From Octopus vulgaris (Eukaryota): DNA of 64,000 nucleotides. The stretch's first letter is position 1. Each line of letters opens with the position of its first letter. The stretch lies in the NCBI GenBank assembly GCA_951406725.2, contig OX597832.1:44454001-44518000 (forward strand). Direction: 5' to 3'. The notes below the pieces were generated by a model. The model did not search any database, was not told where the DNA came from, and saw only the letters and a list, made by a program, of their open reading frames with translations. Below are positions 1 to 11,506 of this stretch, piece by piece. A program made the translations under genes and the position numbers.

Positions 1-484
1 GATGATGATGATGATGATGATGATGATTTGTTTGCATCTTGCTTAATATTTTCAAATATTTTTTAAAAATGGAAATGTTGGTTTGTAAATATTAAATGAA
101 GCCCCATCACTGGAATTTCAGTAACAGCAACAAAAATAGAAAAGTATATGGGAATTTCTTCACTGATTCTTGTTCTACTTACAGATAGAACATTCTAGAA
201 TAGACGGTATATATTCTCTTTGCTACCTTGAGAATATATATGTATATGGTACATTGGCTGTTAACTTTCCAAAAGTTTTGTAATGCCGCAATTATTGAAA
301 CAATGTAATTAGTTTATCAAGATCCAAGACATAATTACGAAGGGTGAACACGGGCGCTCAAAAATTTCGAATGTCTAAATTTAAAACAAGGAATATAAAA
401 GCCAGATGCAATCAACACATACATAATAATGGAATATTTACTGAGATACTTTATAAATATGAAACATACAAATATTGATTTCAC

Positions 485-490
485 TTTATT
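485..490 (-). promoter_or_regulatory. Candidate serpin polyadenylation signal AATAAA
   Basis: TTTATT on + about 320 nt past the stop, retained at the equivalent position in the paralogs; the region is AT-rich so chance matches are possible. Confidence 0.4.
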
Positions 491-808
491 CAACGAGAAA
501 ATAACGTTTACAGGCAACAGTAGATATATTGTTAAAATAGTAAACTTGCAAAGAAAGGATACTTTAAAAAGTGTCAAATTTTTCTGTCAATGTATAGCAT
601 ATACAAATTCATAATATTGATTTGGATTAATGTGGTATTATAATATATCATTGAATAGATATGACCTTGGTTCTACACGATTACAATTATAATGTCCTAA
701 GTCATTTTACTAAAAAAACGATTCTAAATAAATTTGTTCAGTTACATTCTCCACATAATACAATGTAGTATTCCATAAGAGGGAAATCTTTGACAGGGCA
801 ATATTATC

Positions 809-1969
809 TTATGTTGTAGGATTTGTTACTTTACCAATGAAATGGATAATTTTAGTTCGGTTGTCAACAATTAAAAATGTGAATGGGTGATTGACATCAA
901 AATCCATACAATTTAGAAAATAATCATCACACATCAAGCACCCAATATCAGTTGCAGCTGCAGCTTCCGTCCCTTCTTCATTAACATCAACAAATGCTTT
1001 ATGAAACATTTCACTGGCATAAATATTATTCTCACCACCAGTCATTCCAGATAAATCAGCTTTTAGAGGATCAAAAATATCAGGGAGTCCAAGGTTTTTC
1101 AAAACTTCAACCAACTGAAAACTACTCTCTAAACGAAATTTTGGCATATGTAATAGTAGACTCATCATTTTAAATCCTTTTCTGTCAACAATGTCTTTGA
1201 GAAATTGAGCATTAATCTCCTTCTCTAAAGCAGCAAGACCATTGATTTCATTGGGAAGAATTACAAACATACTAAATGCTTTTCCTATATAGGGTAACTC
1301 AACGACTTTATAGTTGTCGCTTATTTTGGTATTAAAATCTTCAGATGTATACATAAAATCATGAAATACAGTCTTGTCAGAACGTAAATAAAACTTTGTA
1401 GATTCTGTTGCATGTTCTGAGAATATTTTAGCCCACATTCCTTTAAAGTATACAGCATTAATAAGAACTAGAATTGATTGAGGTGTCAACCTTCCACTTT
1501 GTAACAGATCAGTAATTTTGTTATTTGTGTTATTCTTAACCCAATCATTAATAGTTATTCTTGTCTTCTCAGCATTTGTTATGAAGTCTACATTTTCAAT
1601 ATCTGAAAAGAAATATTTTACCATGTTGTTCTTGTAGTCTTCAGAAATAGGGAATATTTCACTGGCATACAAACGATTCACTGAATTGAATGTGACAAGT
1701 TTATCTGAGTTTTTCAAAAGTGAAAAATATTCTTTAAAAGCCAAAGCTACAGAATCTGGATTTGATGTTATCTTCAAAACATTTTCAATCTGTTTGGCAG
1801 AGTTTTGTCTTGCTCCCAAATAAACCATTGATAAAACAGTAGCAACACTGAATGGTGACATGAAGACATTTTCATTGGTTCCTGTAGCCACAGCTTGGTA
1901 AAGACTGTTTGTAAAATAATCAATTGAAGCAGCAAGGTTACCGATGTCTTGTTTCTCTGCTGAGTCCAT
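809..1969 (-). CDS. Serpin copy 1 (intact, 386 aa); RCL EEGTEAAAAT-DIGCLMC|DDYFLNC
   Basis: Serpin motifs SPFSV, INAVYFKGxW, hinge EEGTEAAAAT and signature FDVNHPFTFLI...FIGKVTNP in an uninterrupted ORF. Confidence 0.95.
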   Translation of the reverse strand: MDSAEKQDIGNLAASIDYFTNSLYQAVATGTNENVFMSPFSVATVLSMVYLGARQNSAKQIENVLKITSNPDSVALAFKEYFSLLKNSDKLVTFNSVNRLYASEIFPISEDYKNNMVKYFFSDIENVDFITNAEKTRITINDWVKNNTNNKITDLLQSGRLTPQSILVLINAVYFKGMWAKIFSEHATESTKFYLRSDKTVFHDFMYTSEDFNTKISDNYKVVELPYIGKAFSMFVILPNEINGLAALEKEINAQFLKDIVDRKGFKMMSLLLHMPKFRLESSFQLVEVLKNLGLPDIFDPLKADLSGMTGGENNIYASEMFHKAFVDVNEEGTEAAAATDIGCLMCDDYFLNCMDFDVNHPFTFLIVDNRTKIIHFIGKVTNPTT

Positions 1970-1986
1970 ATTGTATACGATAGTGT

Positions 1987-2030
1987 CTGGAGAATATAGA
2001 ATATGAAGAGAAAATATACGAAATAAATTC
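1987..2030 (-). promoter_or_regulatory. Putative 3' splice acceptor 17 nt upstream of the serpin ATG (conserved in all copies)
   Basis: Minus strand reads TTTTCTCTTCATATTCTATATTCTCCAG|ACACTATCGTATACAATATG, a pyrimidine tract plus YAG. Confidence 0.7.
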
Positions 2031-2550
2031 TTGCAAACATTTCAAAATAATTTATTAGACATTACTGTAATTAAAGACATCTATAAAAGCAAAGTCTGAA
2101 ATCTCTTCTGATCAAACTCTAATATTAACTTTTACATGAACATATTTCTTAACATAACACAGAGTTAATGTGTTTTAAACAGTTTTTAAAATAATTAAAA
2201 ATTTATATGATTAATTAATATAACCATTTTTTCTCCAATATTTATCTGATATTTGGCACATATCTTAAAAGTTTCATTTATAAGATGATGTTGGAACTTG
2301 TCCATGTTAGCATTTCAGAGACAAATTTGAATGGAGCAGGTTTAGTTTTCATTTTTTGCATATATGGTATCAATTACAATGATATACTCCACCTGCTGAG
2401 AGCCTGGTCAAATACTTGCAACAAAATGACATCCTCAAAAAAGGCCTTAATGTGCCTGGAGGTGATGTTGAACTAATTAGTGTAATACCAAGCTAGACCG
2501 GATCCTGTAAACCTAGACTCAATGGTTAATATTTAGTTTGTTGAATGACC

Positions 2551-2829
2551 TGTGGGATGACGTCAGCAGCTGGGTGCGTTGACCGGAAGCTGGGGCAACC
2601 GGAAGGGGTTGCTGTCAGGCGTGCGCAGGCAGCGGTCAATTGGGCCTTTCCAACGTGGGTCGTCCAAATGACAAGACGTGTGAGGACGGTCGCGAAGGGT
2701 CTGGATGAGCAGCTGCTATCTTTAGTGTTCGGGTTGGAGCTGTGTCGAAGGATTAGCTACCACAGAAGGGTCTCCATCACGAGGAAGAGAAGGTAGGTGC
2801 CTTTATATTCAAATAGTGCACACACCACA
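2551..2829. mobile_element. Solo LTR, 279 bp
   Basis: TGTGG...CCACA termini, 5-bp TSD TGACC, empty site at ~34514. Confidence 0.85.
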
Positions 2830-3589
2830 TGACCGTGTGAAGGAGAGGTGACGAGAATGGCTACTTTAGTACGCCGCACGGTCGATTACGATAAGTAGGA
2901 AAAAGGATGAATGAATATGAATGCCAGCAGGAAAAGAGAGACACAACCAGTCGAATGTTGAAGAGAAAGATTTTATTGATAGGTTAACATGTGTGTCTGT
3001 ATGTGTGTCATGTATACATAATAATAGACAGGCCGTCATGTATACATAATGTGTGTGCAGAAACGTGGATGTATGCGTGTGCGATGAGTACAGAGCATTG
3101 AAAGAGTCTATAATAGGACGTTAGAAGAATGCAATGCAGAGCAAGTTGAGGCACGTGTCATGCGTGAAGCTGTGGCTACTATGCAGAGCCGGTTACTTGG
3201 TACAGAAGGTTCTCGCAGGTTGTATCTGCTGTTAACCATGGTGAAATAATTCATGAACAGTGTTGAGTAGAGGCCATTGATTGGTTAAAATCTGAAAAAT
3301 TAAACTACGTTAAACTTACAAATTACAATTTTCTCAAGAGAGCCAAGAGAACAAATGTTTCATTTTGACACATTCTACCAGAATACGAAGTTTAAAAGTG
3401 TTTAGTTAACTAGAAATTGTGTTGAAAACTGCCGTTCAAAAGAAAAAGATCCTCCTTTTCTAATTGAAACCATTTTTCTGCAAGGCCTTCCACATGACCA
3501 TATCACACCATCCGACAAACTTTTTTTGGCTACATCCTTCAAGGAACATTTCTAGAGAATAGTAAGTTGAAGTGCGAGCAGATTATTGA

Positions 3590-4452
3590 TATTTTATATT
3601 ATTGAGCAAAAGAAGATTTAGCAAAGGGAATAGCCCAAGAATGCCGTATAGATTGGAGAAATTTTTACTGTGATATATGTGCAGAATATTATGTTGCACA
3701 AAACATTAAGCTCGGAGGGCCAAACCGAATTGTAGAGATAGATGAAAGAGCGTTTGTTAGAAGAAAATATAATGTTGGCCATCAGGTTAAAACGCAGTGG
3801 GTTTTTGGTGCTTTGGAAAGGGATACTAGAAGATGGTATTTGGTGGCAGTGGAAGATCGGACTGCGGACACTCTTTTAGAAATTATACAAGAGCGTATAT
3901 AGCCTGGTACAACTGTAATTTCTGACCTCTGGCGTTCGTATAATACGCTCAATCAGCTAGGATATAGGCATTTGACTGTGAATCATCATCATCATCATCA
4001 TCATCGTTTAACGTCCGTTCTCCATGCTAGCATGGGTTGGACGGTTCGACCGGGGTTCTGGGAAGCCAGAAGGCTGCACCAGGCTCCAGTCTAATCTGGC
4101 AATGTTTCTACAGCTGGATGCCCTTCCTAACGCCAACCACTCCGTGAGTGTAGTGGGTGCTTTTTACGTGCCACCTGCACAGGTGCCATGCGGAGCTGGC
4201 AACGGCCACGGTCAGATTGGTGTATTTTATGTGCCACCGGCAATAAATTTTGTTGATCCGGTAACATTTGCCACAACCAACCACATAGAATGTTTATGGA
4301 AGCATGTAAAGAATCGTAACAAAAGAGAAAATGGAACAGCCCGAAATTTACTTCAATCCCATCTCATTGAATTCATGTGGCATTATGAATTTAAGGACGA
4401 AATCTTTGGAAAGTTATTGGAACAAATTCAACATCTATACCCATGCATTTGA
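3590..4452 (+). mobile_element. Merlin (IS1016/IS1595-like DDE) transposase relic interrupted by a SINE
   Basis: Translates as LGGPNRIVEIDERAFVRRKYNVG...QWVFGALER...I*PGTTVISDLWRSY...HLTVNH / NFVDPVTFATTNHIECLWKHVK. Confidence 0.85.
3983..4240 (-). mobile_element. SINE/RTE-tail family with (GAT)n tail (also ~12140-12355, 16320-16578, 21960-22366, 39630-40030, 56475-56637)
   Basis: Recurrent CCATGCTAGCATGGGTTGGACGG...CTGGATGCCCTTCCTAACGCCAACCACTCC block next to CAT repeats. Confidence 0.8.
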
Positions 4453-6258
4453 AACCTTACAGAATAGAAGTATCTACAAAGCATTTGTTTTATATTTCGT
4501 TAAATTCTCTCAGTTGAAAATTATATTTTTATATTCTAAATAATTTGCAATTTCAGAAAATATATTAACTTTGCGTTTTTTAATTTGATAAATTCTACGG
4601 AAACAAACAAGTGACGTCAGATTGACGTCACACTTTTTTTCACTTTCCTCCTGACAGCTAATTCCGTAGTGGTGCCTGTAACAGGATGTAGCGCAACAAC
4701 TTGCTCTTTTGTTTTCTTACACACACGCCGCCTCAATTAAGGTCGGGTAAACATTTAAATTAACATTTTTTTGTTGATGCTCGTATCCCACCAATGGAGC
4801 ACGCGTGTGGCCCACTGGTATCATCATTAAAGGGGATGAGGAGTAAAAAAAAAAATCATAAATTTTCCAAACCATTTTTTCATAACAAGATGTTTCCCAT
4901 CATTTCGAAGGTTGTGGTGAAAAACAATCGGGAAAACCCTGTCCAAAAGGGAGAAATTCCAACTTATGTGGTCTTCTTGATCGGAAACTCCTCTCCCTGC
5001 TCCCTTAAAATTTTTTCCAAAAAAAATATCTTTATAATCTTAATCTATGCCGTTTGGAAGGTATTTATATAAAATTTCACTAAAAGATATCCATTTTCCT
5101 GAAAGTTATGAGGGAAAAAATAGGATTGTGTGAATTTTGCGAAAGTCCTCTCCTCATCCCTGTTTCGTTTACGCAAATTTTGTTTTCCAGATTCGTTAAC
5201 TTTTTTCTTCTTGTTCTGGTGGCCGGGTATTAAACTTGTAGTGTGATGGATGAAGAAGACAACAGAAAAAGAAGCAACGGGAGAAAGAAATACAAAAGGC
5301 CTTACCTCTTCGAAATCAGCGGTCTCTTTCACGAATTCGACACGTCTTAACGCTTTCCCGTCTATGTTGGAACTGTCCTGCTTGACAAACTCCTGCTGCG
5401 CATGCATTCTGCAGTCTTCCGCCCACTTCATCTATCACCAGTGCACCACTTAGCTCATCACATCCTATAACACCGACTGCCAACACCACAAAACTAGGTA
5501 GTAACCGATTCGCTGGCAGAAAAGTTAGCACGCCGGGCGAAATGCTTAGCGGTATTTCGTCAGCCATACGTTGTGAGTTCAAATTCCGCCGAGGTCGAGT
5601 TTGCCTTTCATCCTTTCGGGGTCGATAAATTAAGTACCAGTTACGCACTGGGCTTGATGTAATGGACTGAATACCTATGTCTGTCCTTGTTTGTCCCCCC
5701 TGTGTTTAGCCCCTTGTGGGCAATAAAGAAATAGGTATCCCAGACACTCCTATTAGATTGATACAGAAATTTAACCGTTTTCTTATTTTTTAAGGTAGGA
5801 TATGATTTTAGGAAGATTTGGCTGGTCTATTGACCACGAAGGGTTTTTCTCTTTGACTCATATCTAGATTTTGATGTCAGCCAAGTTTTTTAAAGAATGA
5901 AAGTTTTCGAAAATGAACACGTTAATAATAAATAATTTCCATTATTTTATTTCATACAAAAACATTCGGTTTGGAATGTCGTCGATAATGAAGAGACTTT
6001 GCGAAGAAAGTTCGAGCGACGTGGCAATGAATGTGAAGTAATTAGTATGTCGAGTTAGGTTCCTTGCTGATAGAGAGTTAAAATGGGAGAAACTTTTTTG
6101 TTTTAAAATTTCTATAGCGCAAAATAGAAGTTAACTGCAGCATAAAGTAGAAAAGAAGTTCTGCCGACGACCACGTAGACTGCAGTTGACTCCAGAAAGT
6201 GTACGGTAGACTAATTAACGATCTCGGCGTATAATGTGTGATGAACCAGAAATAATAA

Positions 6259-6657
6259 TCTCTCTATATATAAAACTGAGAACGTGTGTCTGTCTGTGTT
6301 TCCCTAAAACTTGAGAACTACGTAACCAATTTCATTCGAATTTTACACATGCCTTACTGAGGGTCCATGTAGTTTCATGGGCAAAAAACTGTTCAACTTA
6401 TTGCCTAGGGCGAGCCCATAGCAATATCATATCTTCTCCACTATGATTCCCTAAAACTTGAGAACTACAAAACCAATTTTATTCAAATTTTACACATGCC
6501 TTACTTTGGGACCATGTAGTTTCATGGGTAAAAAAACGTTCAACTTCTTGCCTAGAGCGAGCCCATAGCAATATCATATCTTCTCCACTATTTCTGTATT
6601 ACGTGTTAAAAGTGAAACAAAACATTTCTCTACTTTATGTCAGATACTTTCACTTTA
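6259..6657 (+). mobile_element. Helitron 5' portion, truncated at the duplication boundary
   Basis: Matches 20069-20468, including the ~150-bp internal dimer. Confidence 0.7.
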
Positions 6658-6680
6658 CTTTACCTTTCGTAAGATAGAAA

Positions 6681-6821
6681 ATGGAAGAAGAAGAAGAAGA
6701 AGAAGAAGAAGAAGAAGAAGAAGAAGAAGAAGAAGAAGAAAATGGAGAAGAAGAAAAAGAAGAAGGAGAAGGAGAAGAAGAAAAAGAAGAAGAAGAAACA
6801 GATGGCGAAGAAGAAGAAGAA

Positions 6822-6854
<33 letters not shown>

Positions 6855-6980
6855 AAGAAGATGGAGAAGAAGGAGGAGGAAGAAGAGAAGAAGATGGAGA
6901 AGAAGGAGGAGGAGGAGAAGGAGAAGAAGAAAAAGAAGTTGATGATGATGACGACGACAGCAATGATGAAGATGATGATG
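6681..6980. repeat. (GAA)n/(GAG)n/(GAT)n purine-rich microsatellite
   Basis: Seen directly in the sequence. Confidence 0.95.
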
Positions 6981-7194
6981 GGTGTAGTGATGACTAGAAC
7001 CACATTCATTATCTTTGAATGATGGATCGTTAGGGCCATTTGAGCATCAATGTTATTGACTCTAACCAGTTTCTCTGGAAATTACTGGTATGCCATTATA
7101 GACAATAGAATCAGAAGGAGCCTTCACTGTTCCATCACAACTGCTGGAGCTAGAGTAGGTTTTGACTGGTGATGGTAGGTGCCCCAACAGAATA

Positions 7195-7700
7195 CTGTAA
7201 ATCCTCGAGTATAATAAGCAGAGGATTTTTAGGAGGCTGTACCTCTGAAAAACCTAAACCTTGTGTATAATACGCACTCCTTCTCTAACTTGAGTCATGA
7301 GTAATTAAATCAGCAGCATGTAGTTGAACAAATACTTCTGCACATGCGTAATACAATAATGGTGATGTTCTTAACTGTTATATGGGAATGTAAATATGTT
7401 TGCAAATTGTTTTTATTACATGTTATTCTGTGTTCTAAATACTTTTATTTTGATAAATGTTGCTTACTGCAAGTTATGGATGATTCTTTTATGACTTCAT
7501 TGCTTTCAGGCTTAGCTTAAGGTATTTTCGTGCCCGACATTACAAAATGTGTCTGAATAAGCATTGCCGGACAGCAAATAGAGACTCGGACATTGCTTAG
7601 AAAATATTTTTCATTTTTAATCTCGTATAAAGTACGCACTAGGGATTTTGACCACTAAATTTTTAGGTAAAAAGTGCGGATTATACTTGAGGATTTACGG
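7195..7700. mobile_element. Tc1/pogo-type MITE
   Basis: TA|CTGTAAATCCTCGAGTATAA ... TTATACTTGAGGATTTACGG|TA. Confidence 0.8.
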
Positions 7701-8380
7701 TATGGTATATTGGTTTCCATAGGGGAAAAGCAAATCCCTAATTTGGGACATGATGTGCTACATTCTCTAGCTGCATCTGGCCCATAAACATGAGTGTTAC
7801 TGCCCATAACGCAGAAGAGAGGAAGTTTAACAAATGCATGAGCCTGACTGGCTGCTGTCTGTTTGTGCAGATTGCCATCAAGACCTTTGGTGTTCTTGGG
7901 CCCCTCACTGCTAATTCCTTCCACTAAATTAGGAAAGCAGTGGCCCGTGTGAAAAATGAACCCAGCAAAGTGGTATGGCTATTGTAGCGAGCATTGTTGG
8001 CCATTCGCTGTGATAATGCTTTTGCAGTTATGTCAGTGGAGTGCAGCTGAACATGCCATTTGGTCTGGGGTGTAAAACCTCTTACTCCTTCTCACCCCAT
8101 CTTTTGCTGCTTAATTCCCCCTTTTTTCTTTGTTTCCTCGGTGAGGTTACTCTCTCTTTACTCTTTTACTCTTTTACTTGTTTCAGTCATTTGACTGCAG
8201 CCATGCTGGAGCACCGCCTTTAATCAAGTAACTCGACCCCGAGACTTATTCTTTTTGTAAGACCAGTACTTATTCTATCGGTCTCTTTTGCCGAACCGCT
8301 AAGTAACGGGGACCTAAACACACCAGCATCGGTTGTCAAGCAATGCTAGGGGGACAAACACAGACACACAAACACACACA

Positions 8381-8420
<40 letters not shown>

Positions 8421-8859
8421 CATATATACGACAGGCTTCTTTCAGTTTCCGTCTACCAAATCCACTCACAAGGCTTTGGTTGGCCCGGGGCTATAGTAGA
8501 AGACATTTGTCCAAGGGGCCTCGCAGTGGGACTGAGCCCGGAACCATGTGGTTGGTAAGCAAGCTACTTACCACACAGCCACTCCTGCGCCTGTTTTGGT
8601 TTTTTTTTTCTTTTGCTCATTTAATCTTTTATACTGTTAATGTTTTTTTCTTTCTTTTCTTTCAATTCGACTTAAAAAAACAAATTTGAATGAGTTGAAG
8701 AACAAATATAAAGGAGGCAACTCTTAGCATGCTAATATCCTTTGCGTCAGAAATAAATTTAGTTGTTATTTTTAAGAGTCAATTTAGCCATGGTCAAGCA
8801 GACTTATGATTAAAGAGGTTCCAACATCCTTTCTTTTATTTTTTTTAATGTTGTGTAAA

Positions 8860-9250
8860 GCCCATGAGCAAATTATTGAATGGTTAAAAAGGTACAATCT
8901 TCTTTTCCAAAGACATACAACATCTCAAAAGAGTCCAGAAGCTGGCTACCCACATGGTTCTTGGTCTCAAGCATTTGTCTTATGAAGAAAGGCTGAAGAC
9001 GCTCGACCTTTATTCTCTAGAAAAACGCCGCCGCCGTGGTGATCTCATTCTCGCTCACAACATCATAAGCAGAAAGTGTAACCTCTCGAAAGAGCTGTTC
9101 TTCACTCCTGCTCCAGAGCATCGGCTGCGGGGTCACTCCAAAAGCTCTATCTGCGACGAATTCATCTCAATCGAAGGAGAGGGGCTTTCTCCGTCCGGGA
9201 TGCGGATCCATGGAATAAGCAGCCGGACGAGATAGTGAAGATGCCGACGA
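8860..9250 (+). mobile_element. CR1-clade LINE ORF2 3' fragment
   Basis: KDIQHLKRVQKLATHMVLGLKHLSYEERLKTLDLYSLEKRRRRGDLI...RLRGHS, typical of the CR1 RT C-terminus. Confidence 0.85.
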
Positions 9251-9734
9251 CCACATATATACGACAGGCTTCATTCAGTTTCCGTCTACCAAATCCACTC
9301 ACAAGGCATTGGTCGGCCCGAGGCTATAGCAGAAGACACTTACCCAAGATGCCACGCCGTGGGACTGAACCCGGGACCATGTGGCTGGTTAGCAAGCTCT
9401 TACCACACAGCCACTCCTGCACCTATACACACACGTGTGTGTGTGTTTATACACACGTGTTACACACATGTGTGTAACTTATCAGATTGACTGATTAAAG
9501 TAATTTATGGCTGCTTTATATTGTTTTAACTTACAAGGCATCCATTAACCATTTCTATATTATTTTTTATGTAGAAATAAAAGTCTTTCTTCCTTCTCTT
9601 CAAAAATATCTATGCCATTTAAACTTTCCTGTCAGCAAAGAGCATTTTGGTGCTAAGTTGAAAATACATTCTCAGACCATGTTTTCTATGAATCTATTTT
9701 AGTTGTTAAGATGTATATTATGTCACTTTATCTA

Positions 9735-10259
9735 TGAGGTCTGATCAAAAAATATCAGAACTTGTGCTATAAAAAGAAAACTATAACACAAATCAATTCA
9801 GTATTTAATCGCCTTCAAAGTAATCCTGTTCTAAAGACACACACTTTATCCAGTGCCGTTTCCATTGACGGAAGTATTCTTGGAACTTTTTTTTGGGGGG
9901 GGGGTGACAGTGAGCAGTTGCCGCATTGCATCCTCTTAGATTTCCATGATGTCTTGAAATCTTGTTCAAGTGGAATTTGATTTTTGACTTGTTTTTGGAG
10001 TCACAGCCAAAGACCCATGATTTATCACCTCTTATAACTGTTTTCAAAAGTTATCGTCTTCCTCAACACAATCAAGGAGATCCTGCACATTTGAAACTTG
10101 ACCTTTTTTTTTGAGATGACCACACTCTACACACTTTACTTCCAAGCATTGTTATAAACAACAGAAGTGTGCATGCGGGACAGGGTTCAAGGTGAATTTT
10201 CCAAGTGGCTTCATTGTAGATAACTCAGCAACAGCCCAATCCCTTTTGATCAGACCTTG
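9735..10259 (-). mobile_element. Internally deleted mariner element (single-end relics also at ~31165 and ~57487)
   Basis: TA|TGAGGTCTGATCAAAA ... TTTTGATCAGACCTTG|TA; the minus ORF VIRGDKSWVFGCD resembles the mariner ITGDETWVYGYD motif. Confidence 0.8.
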
Positions 10260-10412
10260 TATTATTATAATTCTATTCACATTCACAATGCATTCATTAT
10301 AAGAATGAATATCCCTATAATCACACCAGTATTTGACTGCTAATCTATTTCATTGATTTTGTAAAGGTAAAAGATATTATTGAACCAATTGTGTATCATA
10401 CTTAATGTCTGA

Positions 10413-10850
10413 GACCCCCTTCAGTCACGACACAGACCATGGGATTGCACCTAGAAAATTACCCTCTCAGTTGTGACTGGGCAAGTTTGTTTATGGAAGA
10501 CCAGCAGTCGCCCATGCATACCGGCCACCCCTCTCCATACCACCGATGTTATCTGAGGGAAAGGCAAAGGGGCCGATACAGCTTGGCACCTGTGTCGTCG
10601 TAACTCATTTCTCCAGCTGAGTGAACTGGAGCAATGTGATATAAAGTGTCTTGCTCAAGAACACAACACGCAGTGGTTAGGGCGTCGAGCTTTCGATCGT
10701 GAGGTTGTGAGTTCGAATCCCGGACCGTGCTGCGTGTTGTGTTCTTGAGCAAGACACTTTATTTCACGTTGCTCCAGTTCACTCAGCTGTAGAAATGAGT
10801 TGCGATGTCACAGGTGCGAAGCTGTATCGGCCCCTTTGCCTTTCCCTTGG
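10413..10850. mobile_element. tRNA-derived SINE family C as a back-to-back inverted pair
   Basis: 10555-10670 is the reverse complement of ~10731-10848; a tRNA-like GTGGTTAGGGCG...GAGTTCGAATCCC lies between the arms. Confidence 0.7.
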
Positions 10851-10873
10851 CTATGAGTATGTGCCATTGACAA

Positions 10874-11235
10874 TGTAGCAGCACAAGCAGTCAGCGCCAT
10901 ATTGGATGAGATCTTGCGGCATCCATTGCCATCTCCGAGACGGGAGCGAGACCTCACCTGCATTCATTTTTGCCATGCGAAAGATCACAACGAGGCTCGT
11001 GATAGAAAACTATATAAAGGGAAAACACTCTTCAAGTCTCTCTTCTTTGGCGCCGCTACACAGCAGCACTTGCTGAACACACCACTGGCTGGAGGCAATT
11101 TGCACCCGCATTATCGGAGCTTAAGATGGCAGCTGAGAGCAGCACCCTTCATTACCTTTCCTGTAAATAAACCAGTTGTAAATAGCATTTATAATTGAAG
11201 TCTTTTCTCTTCACCTGCTGGAAGCCTGAACTACA
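10874..11235 (+). mobile_element. Probable solo LTR
   Basis: TGTAG...CTACA termini with internal TATATAAA followed by AATAAA; no clean TSD. Confidence 0.5.
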
Positions 11236-11506
11236 TAAAGAACAAAAAGATGATGGAAGGAGATGATATTCCTCCAATATCATAAACCTTGCCTTCCATT
11301 ATTAAAACAATGTCTAACAGGACATGAACACATTTAGCATTCTCACCAACCACTGCTAGGACAATCTTCATATGCCTGATATAAATTGTGTTTTTAAACA
11401 AGCATGTCCATGTGTGATATTATTTCTGCATGAATACTACAGAAAGTTTGCCTTTTGTGATGTATTTACTTTACATATAATATCCAGATGGATATGTATA
11501 TATACT

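Larger units (their letters stand above)
1..6657. repeat. Segmental duplication unit, paralogous to ~12328-20468
   Basis: Near-identical colinear sequence (offset 12327 at the serpin) including serpin, solo LTR, Merlin, SINEs and Helitron 5' end. Confidence 0.95.

Noticed and set aside
335-614. Recurrent small ORFs (MTLFKVSF..., MEYLLRYF...) also at 12662 and 26361
   Set aside because: They recur only because the serpin 3' flank is duplicated and are not kept open in the more diverged copies
1774-2040. Overlapping alternative-frame and antisense ORFs within serpins (MFARIYF..., MLYETFHW...)
   Set aside because: Shadow frames of the serpin CDS with variable starts and stops
3590-4452. IS1595-like transposase as evidence of bacterial contamination or horizontal transfer
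   Set aside because: Merlin is the established eukaryotic relative, and the relic is interrupted by a host SINE and duplicated with host DNA
4794-5648. Cluster of short ORFs downstream of Merlin (also 17114-18858, 36081-36945)
   Set aside because: Frames differ between the three duplicates; probably degraded transposon sequence with no recognisable domain
6650-7039. Poly-Glu, poly-Lys/Arg, poly-Ser and poly-Leu ORFs
   Set aside because: Translations of the GAA/GAG microsatellite in four frames, with no gene context
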